Assembly (NCBI GenBank): GCA_964453185.1
Contig: CAYVNN010000004.1
Span: forward strand, 128,706 to 192,705
Source of the DNA: an uncultured Methanosarcinales archaeon
GTDB taxonomy: Archaea; Nanobdellota; Nanobdellia; Woesearchaeales; DSVV01
Reading direction: 5' to 3'
Length of the DNA stretch: 64,000 nucleotides
Below, one piece after another: positions 1 to 8,364 of this stretch; the first letter of the stretch is position 1, and each line of letters begins with the position of its first letter. The position numbers were made by a program, and so were the translations under genes. Under the pieces are notes generated by a model. The model was not told the DNA's origin. It saw only the letters and a list, made by a program, of their open reading frames with translations, and did no database searches.

Positions 1-359
1 GCAACAAAGCTAACTTCTGCCACATCAGCTTTTTCTCCACCTTGGAATAATGCTTTTATTCCATGTTCCATATACTTTTGTTTATTGTTTGCTCCTATGA
101 CTTTTGGACAGCAGTCGACGACAATATCAACTTGTTTTAATAAATCATCAAATGTTCCTGCTGGTGTAATGCCATTACTAAGGTATTTAGAATTATCTCC
201 TACTGTAAATATTTTAATTCCTTTTGCATTTGCAATTTCCATTTTGTAATTGTAACTATTACCTGTAACTCCAATAAGTTCCATGTCTTTTTGTTTTAAG
301 ACTGCATCTGCAACTCTCTTTCCAATTGTTCCGTATCCTACTACTCCTACTTTATACAT
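1..359 (-). CDS. gap: Glyceraldehyde-3-phosphate dehydrogenase, archaeal type II (N-terminal part; gene continues off the window edge)
   Basis: Minus-strand translation begins MYKVGVVGYGTIGKRVADAV..., the NAD-binding N-terminus typical of archaeal GAPDH. An AGGTGA Shine-Dalgarno lies 7 nt upstream of the ATG at 357-359. Confidence 0.75.
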   Translation of the reverse strand, partial: MYKVGVVGYGTIGKRVADAVLKQKDMELIGVTGNSYNYKMEIANAKGIKIFTVGDNSKYLSNGITPAGTFDDLLKQVDIVVDCCPKVIGANNKQKYMEHGIKALFQGGEKADVAEVSFV

Positions 360-374
360 TCTTAATCACCTTTT

Positions 375-1469
375 TTAGTTTAATGTTTTGAATCTTGGTT
401 CAAGTTCTCCTAGTATCTTAGTTATTCCACCATATTCTAGTTCGCTCATGCCAAGCATTGCATTCCCAAAGAATCCTTGTTGTCGGATTTCAATTGCTTT
501 TCTTGAACAATTATCTCTAACATGATCCCAGAATGCATGATCAAATAAATCAGCAGGTTCTGTTAGTTTTCCATTCTGTACACAAAATGCTTGTGCAGTT
601 ACAATTGGTGGTCCATCAAAGAATGAAATTGTTGAACATTTTTTAACAGGCATTAGTGGTCCTTGATGACTTCCTCTCATAAAACCTGCAACATAATGAC
701 AGATTGCATAAGGTGTTATTAATTCTCCTGTTGCAGGGAAACTTCCTTGTGCTCTTACTAATGCAATTGGGTCGTCTTTACCTGTGTATTTTCCTGCTAT
801 ATTATGTAATCTTGTTGTACTTATTGAAACTGCTTGTTCACCTGTTGTTTTTGAATAAATTTCACTAATAACATACTTGTCTGTTTCTCTAAGTAATGCT
901 GCAATGTGATATAATTCTTCAGGTGCATTTAAATCAATAACTTTGTCTGCTTCTGTGTTTGAAACATCCATGATTCTAAATTTAAATCCTTTGCTAATTG
1001 CTGGGCTTAACATTAATCCTGAACAATGCATTGGATCTGCAAAACTTAAATAAAATGGTAAGTTGTATGCTCCTGGATCTGTTTTGTCTGCTGCAAATAC
1101 AACAAATGGTTCATTTGGTCTTTCTTCAAATTCAAGTTCTGCAACTGCCGGTCCCATTCCTTTAACATTTCCAGAGAATGAATCTTTAAGTAAATCTTGT
1201 CCTGCTCCATATAATCCTTGTGCTTTTGCAACTTGTGTTCCTGCCATAAGTGCATCCCATGCTAATTTGTGGATTTGTTCATTGTCTTTTCCTAATGTGT
1301 GTGTCATTAATATTGCAACGTCATCACCAGTGTAAAAAATATAAGAATCAATAACAATACTGGAACTTTTTACATGTGTTTTAACTGCTTCAACTACTTC
1401 TTTTGTTGGTGTTATGTGTCCACCAATACTTCCTATATCTGCCTTAATAAGACTAAGTGTTATTCTCAT
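375..1469 (-). CDS. fbp: Fructose-1,6-bisphosphate aldolase/phosphatase (bifunctional archaeal FBPase class V)
   Basis: 364 aa starting MRITLSLIKADIGSIGGH..., the hallmark N-terminus of archaeal FBP aldolase/phosphatase. Full-length ORF adjacent to gap. Confidence 0.85.
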   Translation of the reverse strand: MRITLSLIKADIGSIGGHITPTKEVVEAVKTHVKSSSIVIDSYIFYTGDDVAILMTHTLGKDNEQIHKLAWDALMAGTQVAKAQGLYGAGQDLLKDSFSGNVKGMGPAVAELEFEERPNEPFVVFAADKTDPGAYNLPFYLSFADPMHCSGLMLSPAISKGFKFRIMDVSNTEADKVIDLNAPEELYHIAALLRETDKYVISEIYSKTTGEQAVSISTTRLHNIAGKYTGKDDPIALVRAQGSFPATGELITPYAICHYVAGFMRGSHQGPLMPVKKCSTISFFDGPPIVTAQAFCVQNGKLTEPADLFDHAFWDHVRDNCSRKAIEIRQQGFFGNAMLGMSELEYGGITKILGELEPRFKTLN

Positions 1470-1786
1470 TTAAATCCCTCCAAGAATTCTGTTTTTTTAG
1501 AATGAAATAATTTCAATTCTCATACACCTTTTTCTTTATAATATCAATAACCATGTGCATATTATTAAGATAACTATGATGAATAATAGCATCTTCATAT
1601 AATCTGGTTTTTCCTTACCTTTTTCCTTATATCTGGGTATTCCGACTCTGCTATAGTTTAACATTTCGTTCTCCTTCGCACATTGTATGACATTGTCTTA
1701 CAGCGTATGATGGTTGTTTTTATATTTTGTTGTTTTTTGGAATATGTTTTTATAAATAAAAAGTTTTTGACATATTTATTAGCAAT

Positions 1787-1812
1787 AGTACTGCTGCCTT
1801 GGTTCACTATCC
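1787..1812 (-). repeat. Truncated copy (3'-core half only) of the structured intergenic repeat family
   Basis: gctgccttggttcactat is the reverse complement of AUAGUGAACCAAGGCAGC, close to the family core AUAGUGAGCCAAGGCGG. No 5' core follows. Confidence 0.35.
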
Positions 1813-1928
1813 TATCAACCTGAGAATAGCTACAGGATAAGGTTTGTACATTATATTTTTAGTCTTTAAATTATTTTGTTGTTACTTATGAGAATATTTG
1901 ATGTTTTCTTGACTATTTGTGGATGAAT

Positions 1929-2618
1929 TTATAGTATTCCAAATATCTTTAATCCAATGAAAATTTGAACAATGTCTGCAAAAATGTGTACATACCAACA
2001 AGAAAATAGATCTTTAGTTTTGTAGAATATATAATTCATAATAATTGCATATACTGTTAAACCTAATGTTACAATTATAAAGAATGTTATGTTAAACCAA
2101 TTATAATAAAACATTACATGATGAAAAGAGAACGCAATTCCTGTAGTGATATATGCAATGATTGGATTAATTTTGTTTAGTTTATTAAATAAAAACCCTC
2201 TCCAGAAGTATTCTTCTAATAAGGAATTTAAAATTATGATATATAATCCTATGAAAATAATATTTGTTGTATTAATTGAAGCTGTTTCTTGTAATTTGCT
2301 AACTATTGATTGTAGATCGATATAATTTTGAAATATGAAAAAGCTTATTAAGTATATTCCTGCTAGTGTAATTCCAATAAGTGTTAATAATAGTATATTT
2401 TTTTTGAATGTATTGAATGAAAAGTTTTCTGTTAATGATTTTTTTAATGTTTTTCTTTCTATGTAAACTGCATAAATTATTGGAAATAAAAAAATTAGTT
2501 TGTATATTGATGAGAATAAATAGTTTGCATTAAATAAATATCTGCTTAATAAAATAATGAATGGCGGTAAAATCATTAATGTGAAAAGTAATATTGTTTG
2601 TTTTGTATTTGGTTTCAT
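1929..2618 (-). CDS. CPBP-family intramembrane metalloprotease (CAAX protease / Abi-like)
   Basis: Polytopic membrane protein with an EEYFWRGF motif (EExxxR) and a later FHHVMF (HxxxH-like), characteristic of CPBP. Confidence 0.55.
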   Translation of the reverse strand: MKPNTKQTILLFTLMILPPFIILLSRYLFNANYLFSSIYKLIFLFPIIYAVYIERKTLKKSLTENFSFNTFKKNILLLTLIGITLAGIYLISFFIFQNYIDLQSIVSKLQETASINTTNIIFIGLYIIILNSLLEEYFWRGFLFNKLNKINPIIAYITTGIAFSFHHVMFYYNWFNITFFIIVTLGLTVYAIIMNYIFYKTKDLFSCWYVHIFADIVQIFIGLKIFGIL

Positions 2619-2660
2619 TTTATTAAAAAAAGAATGGTCTTTTATAAATATATAGTGTTT

Positions 2661-2680
2661 TTAACAAAAGATTTATATAT
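2661..2680 (+). promoter_or_regulatory. BRE/TATA promoter (TTAACAAAAGATTTATATAT) of the small Cys-rich secreted protein gene
   Basis: Canonical archaeal TTTATATA box with an A-rich BRE about 50 nt upstream of the ATG. Same extended motif as at 8297, 10212 and 56703. Confidence 0.55.
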
Positions 2681-2729
2681 TTTGTAATAAATAAATTTTA
2701 TATCTTATATTTAAAAAATAGGTGATAAA

Positions 2730-3215
2730 ATGGCTAAAAAGAGGAAGACTGTTAAGAAAAGGACAGTAAAAAGAAAGAGTTCAAAGAAGAGAACTTGTAA
2801 AACAAAATCATTAGATATGAATAGAGGTGGATTATACATCTTAGCAATTGTTGCATGTGTTGCTGTTGTGTGTATGTTTTCTGTTTTAAATGTTGGTTGT
2901 ACGACTGATTTAAGTGGACAAGCATATACAGGTGTTGCACCACATAATCTAGATCTTGATTTAAGTGAGTATCCAACAGATGTTGATGTTTGTATTGAAT
3001 CAGATGATGGAGATGATCCTAGTGATAAAGGTTATGTTGCAGGAAGAGTTGCTAATGATCTAGAAGAATACAATTACGATGACTTTTGTATGGGCAATAA
3101 TGGTTTTGAAGAATATTGTGAAGATTGTACTTTATTTGAATATTATTGTGAAGATGGTAATTTAGCATGGAATCTTTACAATGGTGTAGATTGTATGGAT
3201 GGAAGACTTAATTAA
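2730..3215 (+). CDS. Small membrane-anchored acidic Cys-rich protein (K/R-rich cytoplasmic N-tail, one TM, extracytoplasmic Cys-rich domain)
   Basis: N-terminus MAKKRKTVKKRTVKRKSSKKR..., then a hydrophobic segment. The C-terminal domain has 6+ Cys and many Asp/Glu, and is paralogous to the C-terminus of the 56226 ORF. SD ggtgata precedes the ATG. Confidence 0.5.
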   Translation: MAKKRKTVKKRTVKRKSSKKRTCKTKSLDMNRGGLYILAIVACVAVVCMFSVLNVGCTTDLSGQAYTGVAPHNLDLDLSEYPTDVDVCIESDDGDDPSDKGYVAGRVANDLEEYNYDDFCMGNNGFEEYCEDCTLFEYYCEDGNLAWNLYNGVDCMDGRLN

Positions 3216-3235
3216 TTCTTTTATTTTTTAATTTA

Positions 3236-3751
3236 TTATTTTGCTCTTATTTCTAATTGCGGTGAGTAAATCATTCCAGAATTTGGGTGGCTATTGTATA
3301 ATTTAAATGCTCCTGATAATGTTTCTGCTTTTACACCCATTGTGTGTAAGTATTTTGTGAGATTTTGAACTAATTTTACTTCACTTGTAGTTGTTTGTGG
3401 TTGTACTACTGCATTTTTTAATGCAATTTCTTCTTCTGGTGATCTTGGTTTAATTCTAGAAGGATCATGTGCATTAACATAAACTACTTGGTTTGTTAAT
3501 CCAAATTTTGTTTGATCAATTTCATAAGAAAGAAGATAACTATGTTCCCAAACTATTCCTTTTCCCATTTTATGTGTGGGTTTATAATCTACTTCAAGTC
3601 TTACTGTAACTTCTCCAATCCCATCTAGTTGATGATCAAATAATACATCATATGTTGAGGTTTTTCCTCTTGTTTGTCTAACTAATGATTTTGCAACAAT
3701 TTCTCTAGCTAAAACAGTTTCTAAATCAGATTCATTCTGTGTTTTTATCAT
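3236..3751 (-). CDS. Hypothetical protein (171 aa, no Cys; possible small alpha/beta fold)
   Basis: Clean ORF with AT-rich codon usage matching neighbours. No motif I can assign with confidence. Confidence 0.4.
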   Translation of the reverse strand: MIKTQNESDLETVLAREIVAKSLVRQTRGKTSTYDVLFDHQLDGIGEVTVRLEVDYKPTHKMGKGIVWEHSYLLSYEIDQTKFGLTNQVVYVNAHDPSRIKPRSPEEEIALKNAVVQPQTTTSEVKLVQNLTKYLHTMGVKAETLSGAFKLYNSHPNSGMIYSPQLEIRAK

Positions 3752-3848
3752 TACATTGTGGGGTTTTGTTTCTATTTAAAAGGCTTTTGTGTAAAAATTT
3801 AAAATAAAAACAGTAAGTTTTATATTCTTTAGTTATTAAAAATTAGTT

Positions 3849-4376
3849 ATGAATAAAAAAATACAAATCCCTATCATTGCATTAGTTGTTTTAATTATAA
3901 CTTTCTTTGCTTATTCTGCTTATGCACTTAATTCTGTGCAAGTGCAAGATTTTAATCTCAACAATATTGGAACAAATAAACAGATGGATTTTGTTATTGA
4001 AGGAGATGTTGTTGTTCATAATCCTAGTTTGTTGACTGCAAAGATTACTAGTATTAATTATACTGTTGTTTTAGAAAAAACAGATGAAATAATTTTTCAA
4101 GGAGATATTGATGGAAAAGATATTCCTGCAGGAGAAACAGTTAATTTAGAATTTGAATCTGTTTCAGATTGGGTTCCGAGTGCAACAACTGCTTCAGGTA
4201 TGTTAAAATCAGAAAAGATTTACATTGTAATCATTGCAGATGTCAATGCTAAGTTAATATTCTTTGATGTATCTTCTCAAATGCAAACAAAGATGGACAT
4301 TGCACCAATGGTTAAACCTTTGATACAACAACAAATACAAAATGTTTTGAGTACGCTAGGTGGATTGTTGAAGTAG
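3849..4376 (+). CDS. LEA14-like / WHy (LEA_2) domain membrane-anchored protein
   Basis: N-terminal TM helix, then VVVHNPSLLTAKITSINYTVVL and alternating beta-strand pattern reminiscent of the LEA_2/NDR1-HIN1 domain. Confidence 0.4.
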   Translation: MNKKIQIPIIALVVLIITFFAYSAYALNSVQVQDFNLNNIGTNKQMDFVIEGDVVVHNPSLLTAKITSINYTVVLEKTDEIIFQGDIDGKDIPAGETVNLEFESVSDWVPSATTASGMLKSEKIYIVIIADVNAKLIFFDVSSQMQTKMDIAPMVKPLIQQQIQNVLSTLGGLLK

Positions 4377-4379
4377 TGT

Positions 4380-4530
4380 TTATTGCCTGGCCAGTTCACT
4401 ACACCAAATTCTATTATATTTTATCTATGTAACTTGGTTCCTCTTTGTCTTACGACTGACAAATGAAAAAGGAGCGAGGCTTCACTAAGTTCAGCCAAGT
4501 CACGTTCACAACATGGGGCCTAGGCAATAA
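4380..4530 (+). ncRNA. GC-enriched structured intergenic element (family 2, copy a); candidate small RNA or MITE
   Basis: Ends pair (UUAUUGCCUGGCC ... GGCCUAGGCAAUAA). Internal GUUCACUAC and AGCCAAG motifs. A related copy is at 37653-37776. Confidence 0.3.
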
Positions 4531-4622
4531 CCTTGTCATCCTCTTACTTTATCATACAAATCAAAAGATTTATAAAGTTTTGATATTCTTTAAATATTCT
4601 TATATTACGGGGTGAATGATTA

Positions 4623-5459
4623 ATGAAAGAAAGAGTTACTTTAACAATAGAAAATAGTATTCTTAATCAGGTTGATAGAAAAGTTGATGGATATAAAATA
4701 AAAAATAGGAGTCATGCAGTTGAATTATTATTATTAAAATCATTAGGTCAAAACAGGCCTAAGTTTGGTTTTATTCTTGCTGGTGGTCGAGGGACAAGGT
4801 TGAAACCAATCACAGATGAGATTCCAAAACCACTAGTTCCTTTACATGATAAACCAATCTTGGAACATACTTTGGATTTGTTTAAAAAGTTTGGAATAAA
4901 TAAGGTATTGTTATCAATTGGTTACAAAGGAGATAAAATTAAAGAATATTTTGGAAATGGAAAACGGTTTGGATTAAATATTACTTATATTGAGGAGAAA
5001 GAACCAATGGGAACAGGAGGTCCTTTGAATATTGCAAAATCTTTTTTAACAGATACTTTTGTAATGTGTAATGCTGATGAACTTAAAGATATTGATCTTG
5101 ATGAAATGTATTTATTTCATAAAGAAAATAATGCTGTTGCAACAATTGCATTAACAACAGTAGAAGATCCAAGTAAATATGGTGTTGCAAAATTAAGTGG
5201 AAATAAAATATTACAGTTTATTGAAAAACCACCTAAAGAAGAAGCACCATCTAAATTAATTAATGCTGGTTTATATATTTTAGAACCTTCTGTTTTGGAT
5301 TATCTTCCAGAAGGGAAATGTTCAGTTGAAAGAGATGTTTTTCCAAAAATTGCAGCAGATGGTAAAATGTATGGATATCATTTTAGTGGTCAATGGTTTG
5401 ATACAGGTAATCTAGAAAGATATGAGAAAGCAATAAAGGAGTGGAGAGATTTAGATTAA
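4623..5459 (+). CDS. Sugar-1-phosphate nucleotidyltransferase (NDP-sugar pyrophosphorylase) with an N-terminal ~45-aa RHH-like extension
   Basis: GFILAGGRGTRLKPIT...KPLVP signature of G1P thymidylyl/uridylyl/mannose-1-P guanylyl transferases from residue ~50. Preceded by VTLTIENSILNQVDRKV...NRSHAVELLL, a beta-strand/helix/helix pattern. Confidence 0.75.
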   Translation: MKERVTLTIENSILNQVDRKVDGYKIKNRSHAVELLLLKSLGQNRPKFGFILAGGRGTRLKPITDEIPKPLVPLHDKPILEHTLDLFKKFGINKVLLSIGYKGDKIKEYFGNGKRFGLNITYIEEKEPMGTGGPLNIAKSFLTDTFVMCNADELKDIDLDEMYLFHKENNAVATIALTTVEDPSKYGVAKLSGNKILQFIEKPPKEEAPSKLINAGLYILEPSVLDYLPEGKCSVERDVFPKIAADGKMYGYHFSGQWFDTGNLERYEKAIKEWRDLD

Positions 5460-5487
5460 TCTTTTCTTTTTTGAGGTGTTGTAAAAA

Positions 5488-6867
5488 ATGGTATTTCTTG
5501 ATAAAAGCATGTTTAGAGAATATGATATTAGGGGTATTGCAGATACCCAATTGAGTGATGAAGTTGTTGAATTAATTGGTAAGGCATATGGAACTTTTAT
5601 TGGTGGCAAAGAAGTAATTATTGCAATGGATAATAGAAAAAGTTCTGAGAGAATTAAGAATGCTTTGATTAAAGGTTTAATTTCTTGTGGTTGTGAAATT
5701 ATTGATATTGGTTTATCTATAGTTCCAATTCTTTATTTTGCAAGAAAACATTATGGGATTGATGGTGGTATAATGATTACTGCTTCCCATAATCCTAAAG
5801 AATATAATGGTTTCAAAATCTGTAAGGGTTTTGCAACTATTTTTGGGGATGATATTCAGAAATTAAGAAGGATTGCTGAAGAAGGTAAATTTTTAGAGAG
5901 ATCTTGTGGACAAGTTAGATATGAAGATCCAAAAGAAGCATATTATGATTTATTAAAAGAAAAAATTAAATTAAATAAAAAGTTTAAAGTTGTAGTTGAT
6001 TGTGGAAATGGAACCGCGAGTTTATTTGCAGCTGATGTTTTAAGAAATTGGGGCTGTGAAGTTGTTGAACTTTATTGTGATTCTGATCCTGATTTTCCAA
6101 ATCATCAACCGGATCCTGTGAAACTTAGTTGTGTTCAAGATTTAATTAAACTAGTGAAAGAACATAATGCTGATCTTGGTGTGGGTTTTGATGGAGATGG
6201 TGATAGATTAGGTGTTGTTGATAATGAAGGAAATATGATTTGGGGAGATATGATGCTTGTTTTATTTTTTAGAGAATTGTTAGCTAAATATCCTGGTGAA
6301 GAATGTATTATTGAGGTTAAATGTTCACAGTCATTGGTTGATGATGTTAGAGCTCATGGTGGTAATCCTGTATTTTTTAAGACTGGACATTCATTAATTA
6401 AAGATAAGATGATTAAAGATGATGCAAAATTAGCAGGTGAAATGTCTGGGCATATGTTTTTTAGAGATGAATTCATTGGAACAGATGATGCATTCTATGC
6501 AGCAGGAAGATTGTTGAGAATTATGGATAAATCTAATAAAAAATTATCTGAATTATTTTTAGATGTTCCAAAATATTATTCAACACCAGAAATGAGATTG
6601 TATTGTCCAGATGAGTATAAATTTGATATTACAAAACAAATTGTTGAATATTTTAAAGATAATGATGTTGAAGGAAAGAAAGATGTTATTGATGTTGATG
6701 GAGTCAGAATTGTTTTTAATGATGGTTGGGCTTTAGTAAGAACATCAAATACACAACCTGCATTAATTTTTAGATGTGAAGGTGTTTCAGAAGAAGCAAA
6801 AGAAAGGATAAAGAAATTAATGTTTGCAAAGTTAAAAGATTATCCTGAGATTAGTTTGGAAGAGTAA
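5488..6867 (+). CDS. Phosphomannomutase/phosphoglucomutase (alpha-D-phosphohexomutase)
   Basis: TASHNPKEYNGFK active-site Ser loop and GFDGDGDR metal-binding loop. Immediately downstream of the nucleotidyltransferase, so probably one operon. Confidence 0.85.
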   Translation: MVFLDKSMFREYDIRGIADTQLSDEVVELIGKAYGTFIGGKEVIIAMDNRKSSERIKNALIKGLISCGCEIIDIGLSIVPILYFARKHYGIDGGIMITASHNPKEYNGFKICKGFATIFGDDIQKLRRIAEEGKFLERSCGQVRYEDPKEAYYDLLKEKIKLNKKFKVVVDCGNGTASLFAADVLRNWGCEVVELYCDSDPDFPNHQPDPVKLSCVQDLIKLVKEHNADLGVGFDGDGDRLGVVDNEGNMIWGDMMLVLFFRELLAKYPGEECIIEVKCSQSLVDDVRAHGGNPVFFKTGHSLIKDKMIKDDAKLAGEMSGHMFFRDEFIGTDDAFYAAGRLLRIMDKSNKKLSELFLDVPKYYSTPEMRLYCPDEYKFDITKQIVEYFKDNDVEGKKDVIDVDGVRIVFNDGWALVRTSNTQPALIFRCEGVSEEAKERIKKLMFAKLKDYPEISLEE

Positions 6868-6895
6868 ACGTTTATATATTGTTAGATTCAGTTAA

Positions 6896-7056
6896 TATAA
6901 TAATACCACAGCGGCTCTGGTACAAGGCAAAAAACAATGCTTGTATCGTATATATAATGCCGACTTCATCGACATTATAAGACATTGACTGTGTCAAGTA
7001 TCCTGACATAATATGATATAAAATTTTATAGTGAGCCAAGGCAGTGGTATTATTGC
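6896..7056 (+). repeat. Structured intergenic repeat family copy E1 (composite: also contains the promoter dual-hairpin module)
   Basis: AAUAAUACCAC-CAGCGGCUCUG ... AUAGUGAGCCAAGGCAG-GUGGUAUUAUU. The terminal stems are perfectly complementary. The interior carries tatatataatgccgacttcatcgacattataagac. Confidence 0.6.
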
Positions 7057-7085
7057 TATTGAAAACGCTGTTTGAGGTGAATATT

Positions 7086-8270
7086 ATGAAAAAAAGTTTT
7101 GTTATTATGTTAATAAGTGTATTAGTTTTGGCTATGTTCTTAAGTGGATGTAAAGAAGAAAGTGCTGAAGATTGTTTAGCAGATTGTTTAAAAGAATCAC
7201 AAGATAAGGCAACATGTAATCAACAATGTGGAATGGAGATGCTTGAAAAGCCAACAACACCACAAAAAGAACTTCCTCCCAAAGAAACAACTGAACCTGA
7301 ACCAGAAGTTCCTGAGAAAGTTGAAATAGAATGTAGGATTAATTCAGATTGTGATCAAAAACAAATATGTGAAGAGAGTGAATGTGTAGATGTTGATTGT
7401 AGAGAAAGACCAGATTGTGATGATGGATATTATTGTGAAGAATATGTTTGTATTGAGATTCCAATGCAAGGACCAAGTGATGAAGTGATTGATGATTGGA
7501 CTGATAAGATAATGGATCTTGAAGATTTGTTTGATGATATTTATGAAGATGCAGAAGATCTTTATGATTATTTATCTGATTCAGGTATTGAAGATGATGA
7601 CACATATGAAGATTATGAAGAGGATATTGATGAATTACTTGATGAAATTCAGACATTATTAGATGAGATTGATGAAAAACAAGATAATTTGACTGCAGAA
7701 TTAGGTTATGTTGAAACTTATGCTGATTTAGCAGATGTTAGAGATGAATATAATAGTTATCTGGATGAAATATCTGAATATAGAGAAGATTTTGTTGATG
7801 AAATGACTGATCAATTAGATAATATTGATGAAGCAGTTGGAGATTTAGAATGTACAAGTGATGATGATTGTACTGATGAATTTTGTGTTGATAATGTTTG
7901 TGTTGAATGTGAATCAGATGATGATTGTGATTCTGGATTTAGTTGTGATTCATACAGTTGTGTAGAAGATGCAACTGAAACAAATTGTTCAGATAGCACA
8001 GATGATGATTCAGATGGTTACACTGATTGTGCAGATTCTGATTGTGACGGAGTGGATGACTGTGAATACGATGAAGAGCTAACATGCGATGACAGTGTAG
8101 ATAATGATTCAGATGGTTATACTGATTGTGCAGATGAAGACTGTGATGGAGCAGATGATTGTGAATATGGTACAGAAGCAACATGTGATGACAGTATAGA
8201 CAATGATTCAGATGGAGATACTGATTGTGATGATTCAGACTGTGAGTCAGATACAAATTGTAGCTCATAA
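7086..8270 (+). CDS. Secreted/lipoprotein-like acidic Cys-rich protein with thrombospondin-type-3-like Asp-rich repeats
   Basis: MKKSFVIMLISVLVLAMFLSGC signal with a lipobox-like LSGC. SD gaggtga lies 6 nt upstream. The track start at 7044 overlaps the repeat stem and is probably wrong. Three or more tandem repeats CxDSxDNDSDGYTDCADxDCDGxDDCEY fit a DxDxDG calcium-binding pattern. Confidence 0.65.
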   Translation: MKKSFVIMLISVLVLAMFLSGCKEESAEDCLADCLKESQDKATCNQQCGMEMLEKPTTPQKELPPKETTEPEPEVPEKVEIECRINSDCDQKQICEESECVDVDCRERPDCDDGYYCEEYVCIEIPMQGPSDEVIDDWTDKIMDLEDLFDDIYEDAEDLYDYLSDSGIEDDDTYEDYEEDIDELLDEIQTLLDEIDEKQDNLTAELGYVETYADLADVRDEYNSYLDEISEYREDFVDEMTDQLDNIDEAVGDLECTSDDDCTDEFCVDNVCVECESDDDCDSGFSCDSYSCVEDATETNCSDSTDDDSDGYTDCADSDCDGVDDCEYDEELTCDDSVDNDSDGYTDCADEDCDGADDCEYGTEATCDDSIDNDSDGDTDCDDSDCESDTNCSS

Positions 8271-8300
8271 GTAATTAATTTCTTTTTTTCTTTATTTTTT
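8271..8300 (+). terminator. Oligo-T tract (archaeal intrinsic terminator) after the 7086 gene
   Basis: ttcttttttt ctttattttt directly after the stop codon. Confidence 0.4.
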
Positions 8301-8317
8301 ACAAAAGATTTATATAT
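8297..8317 (+). promoter_or_regulatory. BRE/TATA promoter TTTTACAAAAGATTTATATAT
   Basis: Identical extended motif to 2661 and 56703. About 50 nt upstream of the start at 8365. Confidence 0.55.
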
Positions 8318-8364
8318 TTTAAATATAAAAATTCTATTATAATTAAAACTTGAGGTGTTTATTC

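Noticed and set aside
1046-1335. Overlapping 69- and 90-aa ORFs inside the FBP aldolase/phosphatase gene.
   Set aside because: Alternative-frame artefacts within a strongly supported 364-aa gene.
3236-3751. Tentative assignment of the 171-aa protein to the T-fold (QueF/FolE/PTPS) family on the basis of an ETLSGAFKLY string.
   Set aside because: The protein has no Cys or His residues at the expected catalytic positions and the QueF E(S/L)K(S/A)hK(L/Y)(Y/F/W) motif does not match, so it is left as hypothetical.
7800-8270. Tandem nucleotide repeats that could be mistaken for a CRISPR or minisatellite array.
   Set aside because: The repeats are in-frame protein repeats (CxDSxDNDSDGYTDCAD…) of unequal length without conserved spacers. 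No cas genes are present and there is no leader.
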